DNA from: Chrysomallon squamiferum
Taxonomy: Eukaryota; Animalia; Mollusca
DNA length: 64,000 nt
Direction: 5' to 3'
Assembly (NCBI GenBank): GCA_012295275.1
Contig: CM022678.1
Span: 1,984,001 to 2,048,000 of the forward strand
The position numbers were made by a program, and so were the translations under genes. The notes below the pieces were generated by a model. The model made no database searches. It was not told where the DNA came from and was given only the letters and a program-made list of their open reading frames with translations. Numbering within the stretch: position 1 is the stretch's first letter; each line of letters starts with the position of its first letter. This document shows positions 33,201 to 42,844 of the stretch, in pieces.

Positions 33201-33473
33201 GGGGTATTTGTATAATAAGAAAAATAAGCTATTTTTTACCTATCTCGTACAAACACATGATCTTAATTTCCCTTTGTCCTCCAGATTCTTCCAAAGCTTT
33301 GTTGTAAGTTGCTAATGAAGCATCATTTTCTTTCTGAAAAAAAAAAAAATAAAAAAAAAAAAAAAGTTAAACAAAAATAAAAATATCCTAACTGTTTAAA
33401 TTAAAAATGATATTTTATTTTATTAATTTTTATCATTATTAATTATCTTTTTAATTATAGTTATGGGTTTCAT

Positions 33474-33506
<33 letters not shown>

Positions 33507-36500
33507 TTTATAATTATATTTTTTTATTATTCTTTTATATTAGTATTATATTTTTTATTTTTTAATTTTTTTTTTTTTTTTTTTGGAATTGGGGTTTCTC
33601 TTTTTTCTTTCTTCTTTTTCTATTATATGTTTTATGGATTGATTACATTTACAATTTTAATTTTTAAGAAAATTATAAACACAGACATGATACTGACAAT
33701 GTTGATTCAGACAGGTTTTTAGATAAAAACAACAAACAAACCTTCAGCCTGTGAATTCGGCCGTGGAAGAAAAGAAAGAGTGATGAGTTTGGGAATGTTT
33801 CCTCTTTCTGTTTTATGATGTCTTCTGCGTCAGAAATACCTGCACAACCAATCAGAGTCATTGAAACAAAAACAAACGTCCAATCGCAAAAGTTAATTCA
33901 AAGTAAAATGAGAACATGACCAATGAAAATTAAAAAGACAAAAGTAAACAACCAACCAAGAAGGAAAGGAAAAGCTATCCAATAAAAACAGTTGTAACAG
34001 TCACATTAAAAGGTGAAATCCAATCAAAACATTTGTATTACAAGAAATCCAAGCCAAACATTTGATAAAGAAAAAATTATGAGAGAAATGTTGTTGTTTT
34101 TTTCATGTGAAGTCTGTTTTAAAATGTAATAAATAATGTCATTTATTAGTATAAAAAATGTATTATCTCCATCTCTACAATTATTTTGCATATTTTAGTA
34201 GACACCTTACTTTATTGTTAATAAAGAATAGGTCTCCAAACCCAAACAAATAAATAAAAATAAAAAAGGTATTTAACTTATATAAACTTTATAGTTAATA
34301 AAGATTAGGCCTCCAAACACAAACAAATAAATCAAGGTAAAAAAGGTATTTAACTTATATAAACTTTATAGTTAATAAAGATTAGGTCTCCAAGCACAAA
34401 TAAAAGAATTTGAAGAACAAAATGTTTTTGACTTTATGTATACTTTACAGTCAATACACTTCTCCCTCCTGCCACACAAATCAGTTAAAAAATGTTATTT
34501 AGGCCACATTAAATAACAAACCTGCGGCAAATTTGTGGATGCCGTCAAGGGCAAAGAAAGGTCGCATGACCGTGTGGTACCAGAGCAGGCTGAGGACAGC
34601 TAGAGGCGCCTTCATGTCCTGGCTGAGGCTGCAGTGCATCAGCGCCGCGATGCCAACGTCACGGTCGGCCTCAAACCCAAGAAACTCGATGAGTTTGAGG
34701 ATCTTCGGCGGCACGAGCGACATGCACAGCTGAAACGTCCGTAGCCGAAGTTCACCGACCCGAGCAGACGCGAGATCACTTCCTCCGTCAGCTCGTTGTC
34801 GCTGGTATCCGGTGGTGCCGTCCTGCACGATGCTGTCCTGCTGTTTGACGGTGCCGATGTCGCCGCAGTTGGCCATCTGCTGACTCATCTGAGCGATCTT
34901 CTCGATTGTCTTCTTCTCCTGGAGACTGACGATCTCCGCGTGGAGCTTCTCGTAGAGTTTCCACGCGACGACGCAGGTACCAGCCGCCCTTGATGTACGA
35001 CGTCAGGTCCTGGTTGGTGAAAATCAGAATCGCCTGGAACATCAGGCTGTCTGCAATAATGATCTGTCTCTGAATCCTGTCTTCTACGCTTTTATCCTGT
35101 AACAAATAAACAAATAAATAAATAAATAAATAAACAAATAAATAAACATGTTGTCTCTGAATCCTGTCTTCTACACTTTTATCCTGTAACAAATAAACAA
35201 ACAAATAAATAAATAAATAAACAAATAAAGAAATAAATAAATAAACATGTTGTCTCTGAATCCTGTCTTCTATGCTTTTATCCTGTAACAAACAAATAAA
35301 CAAATAAATAAATAAATAAATAAACAAATAAACAAATAAGTAAACAAATTGTAAACAAATAAACAAATAAATAAACAAATAAATAAACAAACACACAAAC
35401 ATGTTGTCTCTGAATCCTATCTTCTACGCTTCTACCCTGTAACAAATAAATAAATAAATAAATAAATAAACAAACAAACATGTTGTCCCTGAATTTTATC
35501 TTCAACGCTTCTATCCTGTAATAAACAAACAAACAAACAAACAAGATGTCTCTGAATTCTGTCTATAAATAAATAAATAAGTATTTAAGTAAGTAAATAA
35601 ATAAATAAATATGAGTAAAATGAAAAATAAATAAATATAAAATAAAGAAAGAAACCATGTAATAAATGTAAATAAATAATTAAAAAACAGAACAGAAATG
35701 GCAAAATAATTAGGTTATATATACTTAAAGTGGAAATGTCTGTTAAAAACTGTACACCTACTACATTAAATTTAATGAAATTTAAAAATAATAATAAAAT
35801 AATATGTATAAAACAAATGTATTTAAATTTTGGCTTTGTATCTTTCAGCCTGGAATTTTTCAGACTTGGGTGTTTTGGTCAGACCTTTTTTGGCCTCGGA
35901 GATACTTTTTGCCATTTCAACCGATGATGCAAATAATGATGAAAATATGAAATTTGCTTACAAATGAGTATTTTGTTAAATAACACTGTAATTATTTTAC
36001 TTATTTTTAAATTAATGTCTAAAAATGTCAGGCCAGAACATTCAAGAACAACGTCTTAGTTCCAAAATGTCTGTGGCCAAAACATACATACACAATACAA
36101 AACATACATACACAATACATGTCTGTAACCAAAACATACATACACAATACAAAACATAAATGTTTTGAAAGGAGAGATAATCAAATTTCAAACATCAAAA
36201 TATTTAAATAGTGATAAAATCCACACAAATATTCAACACTTTTTTCACCACAACAAAACAAAATGCTGATTTTTTAAAATAAAATAAAGACAAATCTGGA
36301 CATTGTCACACAAATATTATTTTCATTCATAAATATGAAGAACTGAAAAATCCATTCATTTAAGAGAACACATTTCTAAAAAATAAATTTATTTATAATC
36401 AGCTACCCAAATTATTTCCATAAAAATTAAAATTATTAAAATTGTTGTCAAATGCTACTTTCAATGAAATTTAAATACTGAGAAAATGTATAACACATTT

Positions 36501-37102
36501 CTTTCAATGAACTGTGAATTCTGTTAGTGTTGTTGATAAAAAGTATTGTTAACAAAAATAACAATAATTGTGAGAACAGAAAAAAACCTTTTTCCGCTTT
36601 GAAAACTTCTTTCTCAAAGATCCCATGAAACTGTCTCCTGTCTCGCACTTTTTTTCAGTCAACTGCAAAATTTTCAATGCTTCAGCGAGTTTCTCCTCTT
36701 CAAATGACATCAGAGCTTGCTACAAAATAATAATAATAATAATAGTAATAATAGTAAAATTAATAATAATAATAGTAATAATAATAATAATAATATTAAT
36801 AAAATATTAATAGTAATAATAATAGTAGTAAAAATAATAGTAATAGTAATAACAGTTGCAGTAATAGTAGTAGCAGTACTATTAATAACAATAACAACAT
36901 TTTTATCTAAATCTGTGAAGAATGCCAGGATACTAGAAACTAATGTGTAATGCATTTTGAAATGTTATTCACATAATGAGATATCAATTTTGTAAACAAA
37001 CACTCAGTTATATTGTAAAGCATTAATTAAGACCTAATTAAGGAGATTATGTTTGTGTATATTTGTATATACACACACATATACACACATATACACACTC
37101 AT

Positions 37103-37182
<80 letters not shown>

Positions 37183-37916
37183 ATACACACTTACCACAAA
37201 GGAAACAAAACTGTACCCAGCATGCATTAGTGGACTTTCATCTCTGAAAATATGGAAAGAAACAAAATTAAACATTTTTCAGTTACAACAACATAAAAGA
37301 TAAAGTAACTCTTGCTCCCACTGCTAAATAAGAAGAAAAAAAATTGAATTTTTTTTTGAAATATCAGAAATATTTTATATATAGATGTTAGAAAATTTAT
37401 CACAAATTTCTTCAGGTCTTATTCAACAATCATATAATAACTGAAGATAAACATTTTTTTTTTTTTTAAATAAAAAAAAACCCACATAATTTTGCAGAAT
37501 GGGATGTTGTTCTGATAAAATAAAACAAGGGGATGAAGGTTGCAGTAATGTACTGAAAAACAGAGTTTAGAAATTTGCAAGGGGGTTTTGCTTCTGAAAT
37601 CTTTAACTTTGTTTTATTATTATGTCTTTTTTTTTCAAATCTATTTCTTTATTTGGAGGGTTTAGTTTGTTTGTTTGCTTTTGTTTGTGGTTTTTTCTTT
37701 TTTCTTTTTTTATTTTATTATTATTATTATTATTTTTTTTTTTTATCTGTGGTTGATGTTGCCTTGTTCTTTCACCTTTTATTATTTTATTTTTTTTACA
37801 CTTACTTCAGTTTTCAAAATTAATATATGCTAATTCAAGTTTAATATAAGGTTTATACTGAATAAGCTACAACAGCTTGCAGTAGTTAAAAACAACATCC
37901 CACAGGAATAAATAAC

Positions 37917-37986
<70 letters not shown>

Positions 37987-38492
37987 GCATATCAACCAGT
38001 GAGACGTGAAGGACATCGTTATGGCTGAAATTAAAAGTTATTAAATTTTATTCGTACTTTTATAATGATATGTCTTTCTTATCATATCTGATCTGATAAA
38101 AGGTGAGATTTGTTTGGGGGTGGGGGCCGGCACCTTTAATCAATAATCATATTCACACATCATTCTCGTGAAGTAACCAGCTAAAAATAACGTACATGTA
38201 CTTTTCTCAACTCTGCGCATGAGCAAATGACTGACTTTCGGAGAAAATCGTACATTATCAGCATTTTGTTATCAGTGACAATTGTAATTAATATACGGTT
38301 TTTGTATAACGAATATAAATTAAACTGGGTTATAAATGAACATTACTTGTATTTGTTGAATAATGCTTGAGCTTCGTCCAGTCCGTTGTTTAAGAACATG
38401 TTAATTCCCGCAGTTGCCATTTCCACCTCATCTTGTCCTGATTCTGAGCTCTCCTCACTGGATACATTCACCATGTCAGTTCCCTCCGCCAT
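28955..38492 (-). CDS. TTC39C: Tetratricopeptide repeat protein 39C, 13 coding exons, ~590 aa after correcting three indels in exon 4
   Basis: Exons: 38347-38492, 37195-37243, 36588-36719, 34522-35096, 33742-33839, 33240-33333, 32597-32704, 31655-31764, 30867-30990, 30409-30506, 29876-29980, 29349-29387, 28955-29050. All introns are GT-AG with consistent phases. The peptides AGINMFLNNG, RQIIIAD, YIKGGW, DMKAPLA.L.LLWYHTV.RPFFALDG, PNSSLF.FF.GRI.RL, ESRWS..YY.YL, RKNNQIE.F and YDFENRL match vertebrate TTC39C as recalled. Confidence 0.95.
29349..29387 (-). CDS. TTC39C: TTC39C exon 12 (KHAEAKTLLLKIK)
   Basis: cttccag acceptor, gtaaaa donor, 39 nt. Confidence 0.88.
29510..29865. repeat. Degenerate minisatellite with core ACAGGTGAAATT, ~10 copies, in TTC39C intron 11
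   Basis: Recurrent (t)acaggtgaaatt / aaaggtgaaatt every ~30-50 bp. Confidence 0.8.
29876..29980 (-). CDS. TTC39C: TTC39C exon 11 (CLKEAVARHQGMKEDFHVPAFAMFELSNIYMKYPD)
   Basis: tttcag acceptor, gtgagt donor. Confidence 0.9.
30409..30506 (-). CDS. TTC39C: TTC39C exon 10 (VCDVQKEPKVFHLKCLIEGGIYRELGEEEMAIT)
   Basis: tttcag acceptor, gtatgt donor. Confidence 0.9.
30867..30990 (-). CDS. TTC39C: TTC39C exon 9 (ADKFKKSPPSQEHSRLLALELLFLWHALPTCSEELLRPMME)
   Basis: ttccag acceptor, gtatgt donor. Confidence 0.92.
31655..31764 (-). CDS. TTC39C: TTC39C exon 8 (ICHGAMGEHDRCHEILKQVPSLVRRKNNQIEAFVNRR)
   Basis: tacttag acceptor, gtttgt donor. Confidence 0.92.
32160..32610. repeat. 59-80-bp minisatellite that duplicates the TTC39C exon-7 3' end and donor site
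   Basis: tacttgctac...aagataaatataacaagata.atactaaaattaaatt unit, about 6-7 copies. Confidence 0.9.
32597..32704 (-). CDS. TTC39C: TTC39C exon 7 (GWCNLLKLKWDTCLEIFSKLLTESRWSKAYYTYLVA)
   Basis: ctcccag acceptor, gtacgt donor. Confidence 0.92.
33240..33333 (-). CDS. TTC39C: TTC39C exon 6 (KENDASLATYNKALEESGGQREIKIMCLYEI)
   Basis: tttcag acceptor, gtaaaa donor. Confidence 0.92.
33742..33839 (-). CDS. TTC39C: TTC39C exon 5 (GISDAEDIIKQKEETFPNSSLFLFFHGRIHRLK)
   Basis: gtgcag acceptor, gtttgt donor. Confidence 0.92.
34215..34455. repeat. ~77-bp tandem repeat x3 in TTC39C intron 4
   Basis: gttaataaagattaggtctccaaacacaaacaaataa...aaaaggtatttaacttatataaactttata repeated. Confidence 0.85.
34522..35096 (-). 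CDS. TTC39C: TTC39C exon 4 (DKSVEDRIQRQIIIAD...RPFFALDGIHKFAA), with three apparent frameshifts
   Basis: gttacag acceptor, G|gtttgt donor. The homologous reading frame switches at ~34967, ~34810 and ~34739. Confidence 0.9.
35066..35565. repeat. Tandem array duplicating the TTC39C exon-4 acceptor and first ~11 codons, separated by (AAAT/AAAC)n
   Basis: catgttgtctctgaatcctgtcttctac.cttttatcctgtaac repeated 4 times, plus one partial copy. Confidence 0.92.
36588..36719 (-). CDS. TTC39C: TTC39C exon 3 (QALMSFEEEKLAEALKILQLTEKKCETGDSFMGSLRKKFSKRKK)
   Basis: tttgtag acceptor, AAG|gttttt donor, 44 codons. Confidence 0.9.
37195..37243 (-). CDS. TTC39C: TTC39C exon 2 (KDESPLMHAGYSFVSFV)
   Basis: ttttcag acceptor, gtaagt donor. 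Confidence 0.92.
38347..38492 (-). CDS. TTC39C: TTC39C exon 1 (MAEGTDMVNVSSEESSESGQDEVEMATAGINMFLNNGLDEAQALFNKY)
   Basis: ATG at 38492; donor gtaatg; phase 2. Confidence 0.9.
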
Positions 38493-39489
38493 CTCTTTGG
38501 TCTTAACGAACGCCTTAGTTAGTTAGTACAGCTTGTATTACAATTCCACAACCTTTAGTCAGACGCCTGCGACTTTCGCCATATTATTGTTTCGACCCTC
38601 GTAACAACTCGGCAGACAAATCCGAACTTCACAAAGGGGGCCTTCTTTGGGTTGTATATAATGAAACAATTTGTAAAAAAAAAAAATAAATAATAAAGAA
38701 AAAAGAAAAAATATTTTATCAAACTTAATAATTAAATAATAATATTCATTATCTTTTACATATAAAACAAGTTCTAGTCCTTCATTCTGACACTTTTTTT
38801 TTTTTTTTTTTTTTCAGTGTTTAAATATAGGCCTATGACTACGTGACTCGACAAAAATGAAATAATCATATAGAAACTAATTTTAGTAGGATTAAATGTC
38901 ATAAAATTAATGTGCAAAAATAAAATAATAATAAAAATAATAATAATAACAACAACAACTCCTCTTTATTGTTTTTGAAAACAAAACCAGCAATTAAAAA
39001 TAATTCATTTTGCCGCGGAGCAAACTATTGGTAAGAATGATGCAATGTTTTGTTTTTTTTTTTTTTTTTTTTTGGTTTGTTTGCATTTAATTTATTATTT
39101 TGTGTGACATACTTTTTCATTTTTTTTTTTTTTTTTTTTTTTTAAATATTTTTCATTAGTTTTCGTTCATTCTCTTATTTCTTTCTTTCTTTTTTTATTT
39201 TTTTTTTTTTTTTTTTTTTTTATTCTTTTAATTCGTTTTCACTCTATTTTAATAACTATATAGAATACTGTTATGATATAAAGGAAAAATATAACCACGT
39301 CTTAGGTTCGACTTTGAGGAATACTAAAATTCTGCTAAGCAGAGTTGTTAACAACAACAACAACAACAACAGAAGACAAATTAATGAATTTTTTTAATTA
39401 TAAAAATAGTTCAGTTTAATATTCACACATAAAATAAATGATATTATTAGGATTATTTACTTTAACTTCTAATTTCTCTTTTTTTACAT

Positions 39490-39524
<35 letters not shown>

Positions 39525-39708
39525 TTTGAGAAATAGTTATGAACGATTACATATTTAAATGTCTATGGATGTGGCTGAAAGAGAGGGAGATAAAGAGTGA
39601 GAGAAAATATGTAATTAGAATATTATAAATAAATATTATAAACTTTTTATGTCTAAATAAGAAGAAGCAAAACAAAAAAATGTTTGTTACAATGACAAAA
39701 TTAACGTT

Positions 39709-39780
39709 TGACCCCGACGTGACTCGAACACGCAACCTTCTGATCTGGAGTCAGACGCGCTACCGTTGCGCCACGGAGTC
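39709..39780 (-). tRNA. tRNA-Trp-CCA: tRNA-Trp (anticodon CCA), 72 nt, no intron
   Basis: GACTCCGTGGCGCAACGGTAGCGCGTCTGACTCCAGATCAGAAGGTTGCGTGTTCGAGTCACGTCGGGGTCA. Acceptor stem GACTCCG/CGGGGTC, A box TGGCGCAACGG, anticodon arm TCTGA-CTCCAGA-TCAGA, B box GTTCGAGTC, and a T-run terminator a few nt downstream. Confidence 0.97.
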
Positions 39781-40097
39781 ACCCGGTTGAATTATTGCAA
39801 AATACTTTACATGTACCGAACCTGTTACTTTACTTATGCAATGTATATGTATATTTTGGTTATTTAAATTATGAATCTTAAACAATTTTAGTTGCATATA
39901 ATATATTCACGTGTTTATCAGTTGAACATCAGCGCTAAATTCCGACGACACAAAATACCTTCAGTACAAAAACGATTTCAGCCGAAAATATTTTATTTCT
40001 TTCGTACAGTTCCGCTGTAATTAATATTAATGAACTACTGCCAATAGCTCAAGTAGATTATGATAGAAATTTAATTTGTATTATTGTTCATTATCTG

Positions 40098-40131
<34 letters not shown>

Positions 40132-40620
40132 CAGATTTTTTTACTTGTTTTTTTTTTTTTTTTGCAATTTTGTTTTTTTCTGTAGCGGTGGTATATTCTG
40201 AATGTCCGCAGTAATATTGTATATCTCACAGTCATATTAATATTATGTCTCACTATTACATTATATCTGTCTCACAGTCATATTAATATCGTGTCTCACT
40301 TTTACATTATATCTGTCTCACAGTTCAATAATCTGTCTCATATTATTAATATTCTCAGTTATAGTCTGTGTGTCTATTTTTAACCTTAATTCTTCGACTA
40401 ATCATCTAATGCTTCATCTCTCGGTTCTGTTTTGTCTGTTTCACAGTTAGATTCTGTACTTATCTCTGTCAAAGAAGTGTAATCTATTTCAGTTACATTT
40501 TTCTTTTTGTCGCTGTGTAAGTTATATGCTGTCTATTCTGAAATTAAATATCCTATAACTTTTTTTGTTCTTGATAATTTCACTGTCACGTACTTACTTT
40601 TTTTATGGGTTCTTGCCAAG

Positions 40621-40672
<52 letters not shown>

Positions 40673-40919
40673 CTTCCACTGACTTTATTGATTTTAAACT
40701 GTTTTAGATTTTATAGATTTACATAAATATTATGATAGAGTTCATAAATAAGAGACTTTTGCGAACAGTATATATTATAAAATAGTTAAACACTATTCGT
40801 ATAAGTTTTTTAGTTATGATAAACCAATTTTTATGTTGTGTATTTTACGACACAACAACTGCCATGAAGTCAGTTTAATAAACAAAATAAAATAAATATG
40901 ATAAAGAGAAAACTGAAGA

Positions 40920-40965
<46 letters not shown>

Positions 40966-41234
40966 AAGAAAGAAAATTAATAATAAATAAATAAATAAAT
41001 AGAAAAGTTTTAATACATTTGTTAATTCTTTAAGCATTAGTTGTTGTTGCTGCAGTTGTTGTAGTTTTCATCTGTAAACATTCAAAAATAAATCTTGTCT
41101 TCTGAACATTGTTTCAAATGTATTGAAATCTCTTACAATTATGATGAGACATTTTACAGACCTCAGTTCTGTATGATATGTTTTATGGAATGATCTGCCC
41201 AACACATTTAAACAAAACACAGACATACGTAACG

Positions 41235-41380
41235 ATAGGAAACCTGAAGCTGCCTAGACCACTCTTTCTCATTTAGCAACAATGGATATTATATACGAAC
41301 CTTCCCATAGACAGGGAAACAAATATCTGTGATGAACCACTCACGGTGCACAGGGTGGAATGTGAAATAATTTAAGAGGT
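41235..41380. mobile_element. Degenerate SINE-like relic
   Basis: ggaaacc...actctttctcatttagcaacaatgga...ttcccatagacagg...gtggaa..gaaata resembles an abundant gastropod SINE body as I recall it. A weaker second copy lies at 44757-44870. Confidence 0.45.
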
Positions 41381-41796
41381 ATATTCAGATGAACTGAACC
41401 AGGAAAACAACACGACAGGATAGTTAAAGATACTAAATCGTACCCACACAATTACTAAAAAATAACGTATCAAACACATTTAGCATGTGGATTGGATCTA
41501 CTGTCCATAAGTATTGGTTAGTGTTGTGCCTGTGTTTGATGCCAGTAAAGATTTAGTCTAAGGATACAACTAATATCAAGAAGAGCCATTTTCCACCTTT
41601 CTCTACTTCGTGCTAATAAACAGAGTAAGTGTCCACAACTAGTGTCTTGTATTTCACATGTGTTTACCTTCCAAGAATTAATAAGACGTTCAGAAGAGTT
41701 TAGTGATCTCGATGAATCAATTATTTAAAGCATTCGAAAATAACAAATCGCTCTTGTTTCCACTGTTATTTTGGAGGATTAATTGTTTAAAATTAT

Positions 41797-41834
<38 letters not shown>

Positions 41835-42022
41835 GTTGTCTTTACCTTTCAGATGTTTTCAATTTATACTATGCCAAAATATTTTGGGATACAGCTAAAC
41901 CTCGATCTACCGCAGTGGTTTTCTTAATGATGTCACTGAATTGTTGACGTCATGTTTATAGCCTGCAAAACCGAAATCGAACGAAAAAAGTCGATGATTG
42001 AATCTTTTATTATTATTAGAAG

Positions 42023-42079
<57 letters not shown>

Positions 42080-42252
42080 CCTGTTATTATTTAACATAAC
42101 ACAAAAGTATATCGAATCGAAACTTTTAAATTTCTAATTAAAAAAGATAATATTCAGCCTGTTTTATATACTGTTTTTATAATATTTGAATTCGAAGAAG
42201 GAAACATATTTAATTAATTAATTAACTAATTAACTAATACTGATTAATTAGT

Positions 42253-42346
<94 letters not shown>

Positions 42347-42504
42347 GAGTGGTGCGCACTAAAATAATGTGGAAAATACAGAAGAAAATGAAGAAGTTAA
42401 CGGAACTGAATAGTTTTCGTTAATAAAATATTTCCGGTTTTAGGTGTTTTTCAAATCTTACGTCTGTTTCTTCGTTTAATCGAAGGTACATTTTAAACTG
42501 CAAG

Positions 42505-42583
42505 ATGCAGGCTGAGGTTTGTCGATATTATCTACAAGGCAGATGTCATTACGGCAGCAGATGTCGTAATGCACATCCAACAG
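42505..42583 (+). CDS. NUP42: NUP42 exon 1, CCCH zinc finger (MQAEVCRYYLQGRCHYGSRCRNAHPT)
   Basis: caagATGc start; G|gttaat donor. Confidence 0.9.
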
Positions 42584-42813
42584 GTTAATAACCACTAACT
42601 AATAACTTAATTAAAATTATTTGTCAGATGAATATAATATATATACATTTATTATTTAGTGATGAATCGAATAAGTGGTCCAAACAAATTCTTTAAACTT
42701 TGAAGTTATTATTTTTATTTCTTTATTTGTTTTAAATTATATTTTATTATTAATTAGGACTGAACAATAACTAGGAAGTGTGAAAAATGTATTTAGTCAT
42801 TTTTATTTTTATT

Positions 42814-42844
<31 letters not shown>

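Noticed and set aside
34736-34970. Programmed ribosomal frameshifting or RNA editing in TTC39C
   Set aside because: No slippery heptamer. Three indels at wobble positions are more simply explained as consensus errors.
34499-35402. ORFs 34499-34888 and 34788-35402 as separate genes
   Set aside because: Fragments of TTC39C exon 4 split by indels, extended into intronic repeats.
32160-35565. Repeat-spacer arrays as CRISPR-like loci
   Set aside because: Spacers are microsatellite or homologous to each other, the repeats derive from host exon ends, there are no cas genes, and the context is eukaryotic.
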